Origin: Podarcis erhardii
Taxonomy: Eukaryota
NCBI GenBank assembly: GCA_964252035.1
Contig: OZ176204.1
Length of the DNA: 64,000 bases
Direction: 5' to 3' (one strand)
Made by a program: the position numbers and the translations under genes. Position 1 is the first letter of the stretch. Every line of letters starts with the position of its first letter. The notes under the pieces were generated by a model. That model was not told the origin of the DNA, searched no databases, and saw only the letters and a program-made list of their open reading frames with translations. Shown piece by piece: positions 23,361-36,451 of the stretch.

Positions 23361-26116
23361 ATTATTACATGTAATTGTGCCTTTTCCTCATTATGGGGCA
23401 TTTTGTTTTGTGCAATTGTTGTGTAAAACAACTGCACTGTTAAACAAATTTAAAGTTAAAATACTGCTTCTGAAACAGGGATGTTCCATTCTTAGTTATT
23501 GTTACAGAGTTTGGGGGTACAAGGGCACCCATAACTGCTAGAGTCAGTGAATGTTAGAAATTAATAAATGGTAGAATTTATATAATATTTGTAGTGTTGA
23601 AGGAAAGATGCCAGACATTAAATTAAAAATGCAGGCTAAACCAGGAAATCGCTTGGGGAGAAGGGCCACGAAGGTGTAATTACAAGACAATGGACAGTCA
23701 TTGACTCTCTTGTTTGAGCTCTGAGTAATTAACAGAGTTGGGAGGTTACAGGAGGCAGAGGCAGATATAGGATAGCATGACTAGTTCTCCCACACAGGGC
23801 ACAGGAGCCAAGAGTGTGCTGTCCTGCATGCTTCCCAAAGCCTAGTAAGTGCTTGCCCAGCTTTGGGAAGGAGTCAGGAGGGCTCTGGGATCCTGCCAGA
23901 GCCTCATACCAAAGCCTAGCACCTCCCTAAGCCGACTTTGAGCTGGGGGGAAGTCATCAAATTTTGGCCTCACACAGGGCGTCATATTGCCAAGATCTGC
24001 CACTGCAGGAGGCATGATGTCACACAGGAAAAATGTATTCGTTTGAAAATCAGAGGTCTGGGTTAAGCGGGGAGCAAGCAGACAGATGGGGAGGAGTTGC
24101 TGGGAGCAGGGGTTCTTGGGGAAAAGAAAGGAAGTGGGCAGGACTCCATGAGCTGCTGTGACGGCCAAAACCACATTGGCAGGCTGGGGCCCAGAGGCCC
24201 AGAGATGACAGTCAGGATGCCTTGGTAATCCAGTGCTGCACTGCTGAAGGAAGAAGCTCCTCTTGAGATATAATGCTGTGAACTCTCTCCAAAGTAGACC
24301 CAGATGTAAATATGTGTACAATGGACCATATTTCTTAAAGACAGTAGTCTCCACTGTGCCTTGATTTCCCAATGGAAACATAACCCTTAGTGATCTTCTA
24401 GAACCCCCTGGAATCTTGCTATTGCTCAGCAGAGACTGGGGGTAGCGTGCAACCTCTGTAACATTATGATAGCTGAAATCATTGATAGATTTATCCACTA
24501 CAATTATGTCTAAATCTATTTAAAAACAAACTTACTCTAGTCACTAGTTTAAAGTATGCCTGGCATTTATTCTCTGATTCCTTGCTGAGTACAATGGATT
24601 TTCATCTCTAGGGTCCCTGTAATGGGAGTGCTTCTTCTATCATAACTACTAGAATCCACTAAGCTTGGAGCAGTAATGAAAATCATCCTGAAAATTATGT
24701 TTCTGGTGGAGATTTGCCTCCATAGGTGTCATCATATGAGGCAAGCACTTTGGAAATCCTGGTTGCAGCTTGCAGTGGCTCATTTGGCCTTGTATAGGAG
24801 ATTGTAAAAAATGATACAGCAAGGCTTTGGTATAATTAAACAGACTGAACTGAGAGCTAAAAGAGGGCAATATGTTGTCCTTGCTATTGGACCAAGATGG
24901 AAAGTCTGTGTATATGTTCTTTCAATATTGCAATAGTGAAAAGTCTGAATTTGAGCTAGGAAGAACACAGGCAAACCTGCCTGGGGAGAAAATTCACCTT
25001 TCATTAAAGCTGAGCAAACTTGCCAAGACTGCCAGGCTCAACATAAGCTTGATTAAGGCCAATGGGGAACTTAAAAATCAGAGAAAGAGCATAGCACAGA
25101 GAAAATTTAAAAAAAATGCTAGATCAGTTATAACTAGCTAAAGGGAAATCTGGCAGATAAGGCAAGGTGGGAGTGGGGAGAGCTGAGGCTCAGTAGTATT
25201 GATTAAAGGATGGGCAATTGCCAAGAAAGACAATATAGCTTTATTTCAGCATCCTTGCAATGTGTAGGGCATCTGTACTTGTGCAACTGATGCCTTGCAC
25301 TTGTATTTCCCACCAAGGATGAACGACCACTTAGCCCAGTGGTGCAAAAACACTAAGATACAAGGCATCTCAGTTTGCAGGGTGAGGTGGAAGCTATTTG
25401 ATGAGCTTACTGGGTTCAAATGGCAAAGGACTTTCAGGCAGTAGCTACACACGTATGATGGGTACAATCCTAAGGGGCAGCATAAGGCATTTTGGCACCT
25501 GAGGCGAAATGCCCTGCTGCCACCCCTGTGAGGGCAGCACAAACTCCGTAAGGCCTCTCCCTTGCTGGGTGGGAAGAGCATACTTTCTGAATCTCCCTCA
25601 CCCACCCACCAGTGGTGTTTTTCATTGGCTCTTTCCTTCTGGAAAAGCCAATTCAAAGCCCTGCTACAGTGCCAGGTGGCAGGGGGAAATGTCCCGTCCC
25701 CCCCGTCCAGCAGCAAAGCTGGGTGGCGAAATGGGTGTGCTGCCCTTTGGGTGTGCTGACTGAGGCAGCCACCTCACCCGGCCTCATGGGCTGGCCAGCT
25801 CTGCCCTTACTTTTCAGACTCAAATGCTCCACTTGCTACAGGTAAGGAGGAAAACTTCTGAAAGAAAAGTTTTAGGTGAGCTTTCTTCTTGCTCTGCTTG
25901 TTTTCTACTTGTATGAATTATTTTTAAACAGAGAAGCTGTGATTCCCTCACCTGTTGTCTGAAGTGGTACAGTCCATTCTACCACAGGTTCTGCAGCATG
26001 TGGATATCCAGCCTGTTTGACCCTCATATTTTCCACATCCATTAAAGCTGATATTTTGGATAGACTGAACAGATTGCATTGCCAGGCCTGTCATTAAGCT
26101 TGTTGTTTCTGTAAAT

Positions 26117-26254
26117 CAGGAGTGGGGAAGCTGTGGCCTTTCAGATGTTGCTGGACTCCAGTGCCCATCAACTCCAACCAACACGGCCAGTGGTCAGGGA
26201 CAATGGAAGTTGTAATCTAGCAAAATCTGGAGGGCCTTAGGTTCCTCATCCCTG
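26117..26254. mobile_element. Palindromic hAT-type MITE
   Basis: Ends caggagtggggaagctgtggcc / ggccttaggttcctcatccctg, with internal palindromic arms. Confidence 0.75.
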
Positions 26255-27879
26255 TGTTAGGTCTTCCACAACATAGACTGATGTCTCTACTCTTGCTTAT
26301 GTATTAAACCTTTTCTCCAGCACCATCTGTATTTCCCATCTCAAGTCCAAAAAAAGTCTTTGGCCACCCCAGACAGCTATCTCAGAACAAGGGTCAGCAC
26401 AACATGGAAAAAATAGAAAAGACTCTGAAGTTTCCTGCCCCTAGAGGTTGACTTTTTTCGCAGATCAAAAGCTTCATGATGGAGCTTCCTTGACTGAGCA
26501 AGACAACTCGTGTAGCTGGTGTTTTCCTTTCAAGGTCACAGAAGCTTTCAAGAGGGGAGGTTTAAATATGCAAATCTCAGTGGTCCTGGCATCTACCTCT
26601 ACACTTACTGTTATGAGACTGAAAAGGCAGCCCAAGTAGTTGAAATGGAGCCTCTTGGAGCCTTCATCCATTTAGGAAATTGGAATCAGCATGATGGCCA
26701 AGAGCAAGGTTCACTGGAGCATACTGGATAAATGTGACATGGCTTTGTGCCATTGCAGTACCCCTGGCACTATGGGCTATTGCAGATTGGTGAATACATC
26801 TTGTTTGCTTATACTATGAAGAATTCCCTTTGGCAATAATGCTTAATAAGACAACTCCTGCTGGCTTGTCTCTCTTGTCCTTCTGAGGGAGGCACTAAGA
26901 ACATGGCTATTAAATGAAGAGGTCTCCCTGGTGATTTGGGATATGATCTACTGAGAAGTTTTCCTGCACAAATCTCATTGAACTGAATGAGAATGGCATG
27001 CAGATGGGACCTGGCACCTTTTGTATTAATTTCAAAGAGAATTGCACAGAATACCTTCTCCAACTGACTCAGTGCTTTATGCAGTATGAACAGGAGTATT
27101 GATATGTAGGGTAGTGGTGAGAAAAACTATTCAGCGTTCATGATATATTGCTCTGCAAACTATAGAAGCCTGTAAATGTGCTCTACTATGCAGATCCAGA
27201 AAAGAACTGAAGACATCTACTTACTAAGAAAGATATCAAGGCCTTGGAAAGATGGCATGACCAACACAAATGTTGTAGTTTGCAGTGTAGTGTTAAACTA
27301 CATCATTTGTGTCACGACTAGCAAAGTTTTTTAGGAGGCCACTGCCTGATACTTACGTCTTGTGGAAGCAAACCTGGAGCACATTGAGGCATTCTGAGGA
27401 AAACAAAATGGCAGTTACCAAAATAAGCTCTACAGGCTCTCTCTGTGGTTCAAAATGATGAAACTCTTGGCCCAATATGTTTGACCAGTATCATTACTGT
27501 GTGCCGAACAAAGTCCACTCAGTTCTCATGTTGAATTGTACTAAACATCCTTGTACAAGCCTTTTTGCCTTATGCTTTTCTATTTTGGTTTTCTATTCTG
27601 TTTTTGCTGAAGCATTTGTCTTATAAGAGGTGTTCCGACACACTTCAATAAGCACACACAAATAGTTGAGCTGTGCACATGTGCAGTTTTTCACATGTAA
27701 CATTCAATAGGTATATAGACTTTTGTACCTGTATTCAATAGCTGGGCTGTACCAATCAGTAAGTGTACATTCTTTTATACACATTTGTAGATGTGTAGAG
27801 TCAGTGTTCAGTGTAACATGTGAGAAGAAATGCTAAATAAATTCATTTGATGTGACCCTCAGAACATTCAGATCACAAC

Positions 27880-28870
27880 ATTGTTGGCATCCATCTGTCT
27901 TGGGAAACAATGTAGGAGTGAACCTTTGGGGGTGAAATCAAACCATTGGAGAGTTACAGCTTCTGTGGCTGTAGAGAGCAATACAGGAGAGACATATTTT
28001 GTTGCATGAGGGGCAGATGAAGGCATCCAGTTGTGCTGATGCAGGTGTTCTATGATGTTTCTTCTTTCTGTGCTCATCCCAGTGATCATTCCTCCTCTGG
28101 TCACTGCTGACTGATTTCCTCCAGATGCTGTGGTTGTCTGCAAGGGATTTCCACGTTTCCAGCTTTCATAATCACATTTGCTGACCTCTTTGTAATACAG
28201 AGTTGGTTTGCCAAATGGCTTGATGACTGCAGCCAGAGAGCACTTCCTTGGTGATCCTTCTATCTTCCATTCTGTGTACATGACCAAGTCAGTGTAGATG
28301 TTGCTGAGAGAGAAGTACAAGCATGCTGGGAATGTGGACTTGCGAGAGCACATCTTTGTTTGAGACTTTGTCCTGCCATGTGATGCCCAAAATCTTCCTG
28401 ATGCAATACATATGGAAAGCATTGAGATGTTGCTCCTGGCAGGTATTAGTTATCCATGACTCGCTTCTATAAAAGAGCATACTCAACATGCAAGCCTGGT
28501 AGACCTTCATCTTGGTATTGGTCATTAGCACCACATTCTCCTATATCTTTTTGAAGAGGTGAGCTATTGATGGAGCTGCCTTGACAATATACTTGTCCAG
28601 CTCAGCATTGATGGAAAGGTTGCTGGTTATGGTGCAGCCCAAGCAGAATAAAATTATCTACCACCTCAAGCATGTGATCATTAATGCTGGTGTGTGGAGT
28701 GCTGATGACATTCTGACCCAGGATGTTGGTTTTTGTCAAGCTGATGGTAAGGCCGAACTCCCTGCAGGCTTGTGCAAAATGGTTGGTGAGTCTCTGTAGA
28801 GCTTCCTCAGACGGCAGAGTCAAGGCTGTGTCATCTGCAAACAACATAATCTCAACGTGATGTTTTCCTA
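27880..28870 (-). mobile_element. RTE-clade LINE (not BovB), 5'-truncated and decayed
   Basis: LFADDTAL, FGLTISLTKTNIL, TKMKVYQAC...YRSESW, LNAFHMYCIRKILGITWQDKVSNKDVL across frameshifted ORFs 28602-28919 and 28289-28534. Confidence 0.9.
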
Positions 28871-29857
28871 ACACTGTCTCCAAATGGTCTGTTTCTGAAA
28901 GATACAGGTAAAGTGGCACATAGTATTGGGGAAAGGGGGGAATGAAATCATGTCATATCATTATTTGTATGTTCAGCTAACACAGTAAAGATAGTTTCAA
29001 TCAGACACAGTTTGTGATGCTATCAGGCTACCCATTTTCCATCTGTCTTTTTCCGATGTCTGGGTTGGTTGACCAATTTTTCTAGACACACTTTGGATTC
29101 CAATGGCTCAATTAAATGTGCTAATATGATCAGAAGAAAATGCCAAATGATTCATTTCCTTCCACTTCACCCACAGGGCACCTGTTCATCGCTGTGCTTC
29201 TTTGCTCACCCACCCACCCATACCCCAGCTTGTTGCAGAGCAAAGGAAATAGCAAAGAATAAACCCGCCAAGCCCTGGTGTTTTGAGAGGCAAAAACAAC
29301 AGGAGAACAGCTAGTGCTGACCCTTGTTAAGGGGGCTGCTCCTTTTCTTTGGAACTTGCAGGACTGGCAAAGCAGCTTTTTAATTTGCTCATGTTTTCTG
29401 CCAGCTGTCATCTTCGGATTTAGCACTTTGTGCTGGCTGCAGTATGTATTGACAGTATGCAGGATGGGTGATCCCTGACCCAGGAACCTTGCAATTAATA
29501 CTGACAAGCCATACAGAACATCAGACAGAATGCAGCAGGTGACTAGATGGTACATTTAACACAGGCCAGCGTTGGATATATAGACTTTAATATAATGGCA
29601 GCGCTACTGACTTTGGCTGACTGCCACTCATAAGCTTCACAGGGAAAATATGCACTTTCAAAATCTTCCTTCAAACACAGCAAATGCCATCAGCATTGGC
29701 TTTTAATCCTTCCCTGGCTTTTAATTCAAAGACATTTTGAGTGTCAGGTCATCTGTGTTTGTAAAGGCACCCCATTATTGCAATTTGACAGCCTAGTCAA
29801 TGTATGCCACCCCCAGTGCTTCCAAGACCACAAAACAAGCAAATGTACATTAGAAGA

Positions 29858-30220
29858 AACAAAAAAAATTCCTTCCAGTAGCACCTTAAAGACCAACTAA
29901 GTCAGTTCTTGGTATGAGCTTTCGTGTGCATGCACACTTCTTCAGATACACTGAAACAGAAGTTTCCAGACCCTTCTATATAGTGAGAAGGTGGGGAGGG
30001 GTATTACTCAGAAGGGTGGTGGGAATGGGTGATTGGCAGATAGCTGTGATGAGCCTGTTGACGACTCTTAACGACTGCAATAGGTCTTACAGGAAAAAGC
30101 AAGGGGTGAAATGACAAAGCTCATACCAAGAACTGACTTAGTTGGTCTTTAAGGTGCTACTGGAAGGAATTTTTTTTGTTTTGACTATGGCAGACCAACA
30201 CGGCTACCTATCTGTAACTG
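29858..30220 (-). mobile_element. Penelope-like element, pLTR-only insertion with inverted pLTR fragment
   Basis: Colinear with the pLTR of the GIY-YIG-coding copy at 56473. 13-bp TSD gtacattagaaga (29845-29857, 30221-30233). Perfect 66-bp IR at 29857-29922 / 30116-30181. Confidence 0.92.
29912..29949 (-). ncRNA. Minimal type-I hammerhead ribozyme in the Penelope pLTR
   Basis: Minus strand reads GUAU-CUGAAGA-A-GUGUG(CAUG)CACAC-GAA-AGCU-C-AUAC: complete core, stem I GUAU/AUAC, 5-bp stem II, palindromic AGCU stem III. Confidence 0.8.
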
Positions 30221-30341
30221 GTACATTAGAAGAGTAGATTGAAAGCAACGCTGGGCTATTGTTGCCCTGTCCTGTCCAGATTTACCATGGTGTCTGAAGC
30301 AAAATTGTGGATCCTCTGAAAACAGCATGTAGGATACGTAC

Positions 30342-30395
30342 CAGGAAGATGAATGGTAGCTCAGATCTTTCTAGAATGCCACTTTGTACCGCCAT
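30342..30395 (-). CDS. Candidate 54-nt phase-0 exon (MAVQSGILERSELPFIFL)
   Basis: CTAAT plus acceptor ctcatctttccattttacaaag|, donor CTG|GTACGT. Only one frame is open. Confidence 0.35.
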
Positions 30396-32194
30396 CTTTG
30401 TAAAATGGAAAGATGAGATTAGGAATACTCCATGTACTTAGGCAGGATGGAGAGAGAGAGAGAGAGAGAGAACGAACTTTGGCTGATTATTATCCCATAG
30501 AGGTGAGGAACCTTTTTCAACCTAAGTGCTGCATTTTCTTGTAGGCAATATTTGGGGTGGTGGGTGGGGTATGTGCCAGTGGTAGGTGAGCCCAGACGCA
30601 AAAGTGAGTGGAGCAATGAATGAGAATTTAAGCCTTTGTACAGCAGACTAGTGTACACACACACCCCCACACCCCCACACACCCACACCCCTACCTTTAT
30701 GCTGAAAACCAGTTGCTGGAAGTCACAAGTGGGGAGCACTGTTGCACCCATGTCCTTCTCATGGGCTTTCCATAGGCATCTGGTTGGCCGCTGGACTGGA
30801 TGGGTCTTTGGTGTGAACCAGCTGGGTTCTTCTTATGTTTTTATACCAGACATGATGGGTGTCCAACAACACCTGAAGTGCCACAGGTCCCCCTTCCTTG
30901 TATTAGATACAGTAACTGCTTTCCCCTTTGCAGTGCTGTTGCTTAATAGTTTCTATCAGTCTCCAAATTATTCCCTTTCCCTTTTTCTTTTTTTGTTACT
31001 GAAAAGAATCCATTTCTGAAGGAGAGATGAAGTCATCCTAAGAAGTTCAACCTGGCCAAGCAACTGGCTCTTCTTGCCAGCACTTAGAGTTACTAGTCTG
31101 TCATTTGTCATTTTTATTTCCATTGAAATTTGCAGAGTGCTTTTAATCTTTATGGTTAATCTTCACATCTGGCTCATGAGGAGACTACTTTTATGTTTTT
31201 TTACACAGGTGGGGAACTGAACCTAAGAAATAGTGACTTTCCCAAGGCCACAAGGGAAAATGGGGGAGGGCAGAACCTACCCACCACCTTCTCAGATAGG
31301 AGGAGCCTTTTCAACAGGTGTAAGGAAACAGTTATTGAAATTAGCCCAGTGCATATCAGGTATAAACCCTCTTTTCTCAGGGACAACTAGTTTTATCAGG
31401 CACCACTTTTGAGAGAGTGGAATTGTGTAAGGCTAACCCTAAGAAATGTGTGATGAGGCAAAACAGCACTTGATACAAAATATTTGCAGAATCACAAAGG
31501 CCTAGGGATACTGCTCAAGGCTCACATGCATCTACCTCTTCTCTCCACAACTCTACTCAGGAAATTGCTAGTTTTCTCCAGGTTCATCCACCTGTGGTGC
31601 ATGGAAGCTAAAATCTATCATAATTGCCTTCAGAAATCTTCTTTTCCCATTAGCAATTCCCTGATGGCAACATAAAGAAAATCGAAAGTCTTCCATTGCA
31701 TCTTTAGCTATAACCTACTTATACATATTTAATAAGAGAACAAACTTACTGTACTACAAAAATATGGGAAACTGCAGACCTTAGCATTTTCCACCTCAAA
31801 ATTAATTTTATTTTTAAAATTAGTTCTCTGTTCTCTTCATTCTCAATCGCGGATTGGTTGCTGCATGTTAAGTTATTTGTCAAAGGCTGGAAGGATCTGC
31901 CCTAAATATATACATTCTTGTCTCCCATGATGCCTTTGGGAAATGTAACAATGCAAATTCCCAATATCTCAGCCAACGTGCATCCCACAGACCCCCCAAA
32001 GTGTCCCTATTTTCCAGGGACATCCCTGATTTTAGTGAAGCTGTCCCAGTTTCTGATTTGATTCTGGAATGTCCCACTTTTCCTTAGAATGTCCCTATTT
32101 TCCTGGGAGAAATGTTGGAGGGTTTGGAGTTACCTGATCCCCAACCCATCTGAAGGCAATCCTGTATAGAGATTTTTTTAAAAAATGTTTTATT

Positions 32195-32280
32195 ATGATT
32201 TTTTATATGTTGGAAGCTGCCCAGAATGGCTGGGGCAACCCAGTAAGATGTGTGCGATATAAATAGTAAAATAATCATTA
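32195..32280 (+). mobile_element. L2 3' end
   Basis: ggaagctgcccagaatggctggggcaacccag is the reverse complement of the L2 end motif. Confidence 0.7.
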
Positions 32281-32570
32281 TGGAATGGGATGTCCCTATT
32301 TTCCCTTTGCTGAAGGGTATGATCCCAGGATTATCTCAACTATCGCTAGTTTAATGAAAGCATGACAACTTATGGCCATGAGAATATGAGTAATAAACAT
32401 AAATAGAACCCTGATCCATATATTCAGCAAAGTGTTTGTTGAAGGATCTCAACCATAACCTGTTGAGTATTGCAGAGCATACACAGACTGTCCAGAAGCA
32501 GTCAGTTGCAAGTTGGCAGGATGAAGCAGGAACAAGACGTTGCTACTAGTAACTTGGTTACTTATAGGTT

Positions 32571-32773
32571 TATTAGAACTTCCTGACAGTAAGAGCTGTT
32601 CGACAGTGGAATTTGCTGCCAAGGAGTGTGGTGGAGTCTCCTTCTTTGGAGGTCTTTAAGCAGAGGCTTGACAACCATATGTCAGGAGTGCTCTGATGGT
32701 GTTTCCTGCTTGGCAGGGGGTTGGACTCGATGGCCCTTGTGGTCTCTTCCAACTCTATGATTCTATGATTCTA
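32571..32773 (+). mobile_element. CR1 3' end with (ATTCTATG)n tail
   Basis: aacttcctgacagtaagagctgttcgacagtgg...ggagtctccttctttggaggtctttaagcagagg followed by the CR1 octamer tail. Confidence 0.92.
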
Positions 32774-33432
32774 TTATTTACAACACATTCACAAGTTACT
32801 ATATACAGGATACAGACATGGATCTTAACTCTCTCTGAACAAACTCCAACTATCAGAACAACTACTGACCAACCAGCCAGCCAACCACAGGAAGGTCATG
32901 AGTCATCATGCCTATGTGGGTGACGTCGACCAATAGCAGAGTTGTATCCAAGGTCCTATATCTCTTCGGCTAACTCCTTAATTGCTTCTGTGGGAAGCTG
33001 CATCAGATAGCACATAGGCAAAAATCCCAACAGTGTTATATTAAAATATCATGGGGGAGGAGTGACACAAGTCGTCTTCCATGCATAGCCTCCAGTATGA
33101 ACTGAATCCTCTAACCCACAAATTAGAAAAGTCCACACAAACCAGGCCTTCATGTGATTCATGCAAAAGGTTCACACAGAAGCAATCCACATGGAGGAGG
33201 AGCGTGGGTCCTCAAAATACTTTTTTTTTTTTTTTTTTTTTTGCTATATGGAATCTCTTTGCAATCTATGATAAAAACATGCTCCGGTGATCTAGTCTAA
33301 TCTGAACCAAAATAATCTGAATGTAATCACAGCCATGTTTTCCATTTGGAGTTCATTGCAAATTCATTTAATGCGCCAGCTCAATAAGAATTGTGAGTAC
33401 TGTCAAAGTTATGCAAAAATGTAAGAAATAAG

Positions 33433-33618
33433 CAGTGCTTTTTCTGGGGGGATGAAGGGGAATGCATACCCCTAAACATTTTTGTGAATCTTTGTACTTT
33501 TGTCCATTTACTGTATTTATTTTTCCCAATTTGAACTATAAATTTGAACTACAAAATGGTGATTTTCTTGAGTCAAAATGAGAGTACCCCTAAACATTTT
33601 TTTAAGAAAAAAGCACTG
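33433..33618. mobile_element. hAT-type MITE, 186 bp
   Basis: TIR cagtgcttttt / aaaaagcactg, 8-bp TSD gaaataag / aaaataag (7/8). Confidence 0.85.
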
Positions 33619-35567
33619 AAAATAAGAAAAATAAGAAAAAATAAACAATGTTGCAAGAAATAAAAAATAAAAAACTTTGGAAAAAAATGCATGTGAATGC
33701 AATTTGCCAAGGAATGCAATGGGTCTTCTCGGCCAAGGCTTGGGTTGATGGGACTATGCCAAAATTGGGAAATGGATATTCTGGTAAACTCTTGAGTTGG
33801 GGTATTGCCCTCTCTACTTTGACCCAATATGTTTGCTAATCAAGAATTACATACTGTTCCAACCATTAAAAATGTCTGTTATCCTGCAGTTTAGCTATTT
33901 GATGTCTCCATGTGACCATGCCTTTGTTACAGTTGAGGGGTTGTTTAATTAAAAGTACTATAATTTCTTTTTCTGTCTCAAAGCAGCTGGTGTGAATATT
34001 GTGAGAGGTTTTCTTCAGGGATCTCATTAGAGGGTCTCTTAATTACCATTTAGCAATGCTATCTTGACATATACCAGGTAGTGTTCAGTCTAAAATTCTT
34101 AACAGGTGCCTTAAATTTCATTTCTCAAAGCACTTATGCCATAAGTGTCCTCTAATGTCATTACGTTAACTATAGAGCAAGAGGATTATAGTTCAAGGAA
34201 ATGTCAGCTTTTGCCTGGCATTTTAAAACACAGAAGCAGCAGGAAACATGATCAAAAAGCCATACATACCATGAGCTATTGCATCACTGATGTGGAAGAT
34301 GCCACCAGTGGTAGAAGAAAATTCAGCAAAACACTGAACAGATGACTCTGCTACTCTAATGGTTCTTACACTGCAGTGCTGCACCAAAGCATTTTCCCAT
34401 ATCATTGTGGTTTTGTGAGAAACATTGGGGCATGAAAGCAGCTCATGTTTTTCCCCCTCTTTGTCACACCATAACCCCCGTTTCCAGATCTGACAATGAC
34501 CTAGGGAGGGACTGCAGTGTGGATCTCTCACACATGCAGAGGTTTAGCAGTCCAGGGTTGCAGGACAGCAGGGTTGAAGACTTGTTACTATTTTTGCAGC
34601 AGGGTCCAAGTCTCCAGAATCTTAGAACTGCTCAATCAGCCCAAAAGGGGGCTTTTAAGCCACTGAGGAGTTTCCTCACCCTTTGTGCTGATTAGACCCA
34701 ATCAGAGTGAAAGAAGGTGAGCCTCTGAGGATAGGCTCCTGGGTCAACCTGGAGCACAAGAGGTCAATAGGACTTTCTCCCACACAAGCAGGCAGAGGAT
34801 TGCAGCCTTTGTTCCTTTTGCTTTCCTCTAGGGTTCTCTGTAAATAAATCATACAGCACAGAGGACCAAAGAAGGCTCTTATCTTCCTTCATTACACCCC
34901 AGTTACTAAATTGTAGTGGCACAATAGCAAACAGTATTTTTTAAGAACTTGAGTAGGCCCAGCTCCAGATTTGGCAGGAGGTGGGACATGTGGGTCTGTC
35001 TCATGTGGGTCTCAACACTGACCAGGGTCCCAGGGTCCCTGCAACCATTAGCCTCTTGTGTTGGTCACATTCAGTTGTGGGATTACCTGACAACTATGGT
35101 TCTATAATGTTCTAGCCTTTCTTCTTGTGTTCAATCATTTACTGGCTCCCCCAGTGGTGGTGACAGAGCTGTTATAGGCCAGGAGCTGAGGAGTTCCTCA
35201 GCTCATAGTACATTATAGCACTGCAGCCACCAGCCCACAAAAGGAAGAAGGGGGAGACAGACAGCTCCAGCAGCACTGCTGAGGGCCCTAAGGAAAGCAT
35301 CAGCTCTGACATTAATCCTGGTGGGACTTGCCAGTGTAGGCCCCAGGAAATGCCTTGGTATGCTGGGTGCTAACATTCGGCTGGTATTCCAGCATAGGTT
35401 TGCCACCTGTCCTAAAAAAATGGGATTGTCCCTTTTTTTGGACAAAAGTGTCCCCTGTCCCATTTGGATTTCAAAAGGGACACCTTTTCCCCCATGTTCA
35501 AGCTCATCTTTGTTCTCCTCCTCCTTAAAACTGTGCAGGCAGAGGATATGTCCAGTGGGGAGGGAGG

Positions 35568-35583
35568 AGAGAGAGAGAGAGAG

Positions 35584-35636
<53 letters not shown>
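35568..35636. repeat. (GA)n microsatellite
   Basis: Direct reading. It explains the poly-ER and poly-LS ORFs in the track. Confidence 0.95.
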
Positions 35637-35640
<4 letters not shown>

Positions 35641-36451
35641 ATGGGCAGGGCAGAGCGTGGGTGCAGTTCACTGGTTGGCATCTCCCACCCACCTCCCTTC
35701 CCTTACTCCCTGTCACTGTTGTTGCCACTACTGTATTACACACCCCAACCCCAGGAGCAGCGCCTCCCTTCCTTGACACCGTTGGGTGAGAGAAGGAGGC
35801 AGCCAGCCCAAATGGTGGCTGTGTCACTGTTTGTGCAGCTGACAAGGAGCCTGGCCCAGTATGAGTGACAACAAAGAGAAGAGAGAAGGTGTGACCTCCT
35901 TTCCCTCCCTTGCACCCTCCTTCCTTTCCTCTCGCTAGTGCTCCTCCTCAGCTGCTGCTGCCAGTCTACCATGGTGCAGGTCTGCCACCACTTGGCCCCC
36001 TCTGCCGCCCCAACCTGCCCTCTCCTCCTCCTCCCTCCTCTGCGCTTGAGCCTCTTCTGCCACCAGCATTGGCAAGAAGCTGGAGCTGTGACTGTGGGAG
36101 CTGGCCATCTACTCCTGGCCCCTGCCCACCTATGTGATTCGAGGGAAAGAGCAGGGCCAGGGTGGTGAGGGAGGCAAGAGGCAGAATGCAATGAACTCCC
36201 CTCCACAAAGTGGGCGAGGATTTGTTGTTATGAGAGAGTGTGTGCCCCAACCTCCCCCCTGACCTGTCCTGTATTTTGCCTGACCAAAGGTAATACCAAA
36301 GGAGTAATCCTACTCCAGCATCATAATACTCCCACCCCCATCTGTCAGTTCTCTGCATCAGTAATAAGCGACTGGATTTCTTAGCTGTGCTTTTCTCATA
36401 ATTGTTACTATTGCAGAGTTGGTAGCTGTAGTTTATTAGCAGCCTCTATGG

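Noticed and set aside
23842-24498. 218-aa minus-strand ORF, the longest outside TEs
   Set aside because: No recognisable motif, no convincing splice sites, random-looking composition; an ORF this long is only borderline unexpected in 64 kb. A blastp hit would reverse this.
24937-25141. Lys-rich 67-codon plus-strand frame after a plausible acceptor
   Set aside because: No partner exon in a matching phase and no recognisable homology.
26950-27500. Possible ancient LINE remnant (KKDIKALERW, LRLVEANLEHIEA)
   Set aside because: Too decayed to assign or delimit without an HMM search.
35321-36358. Cluster of 76-156 aa ORFs, one with a signal-peptide-like start
   Set aside because: Explained by the (GA)n tract and GC-rich low-complexity sequence next to a hAT-like end.
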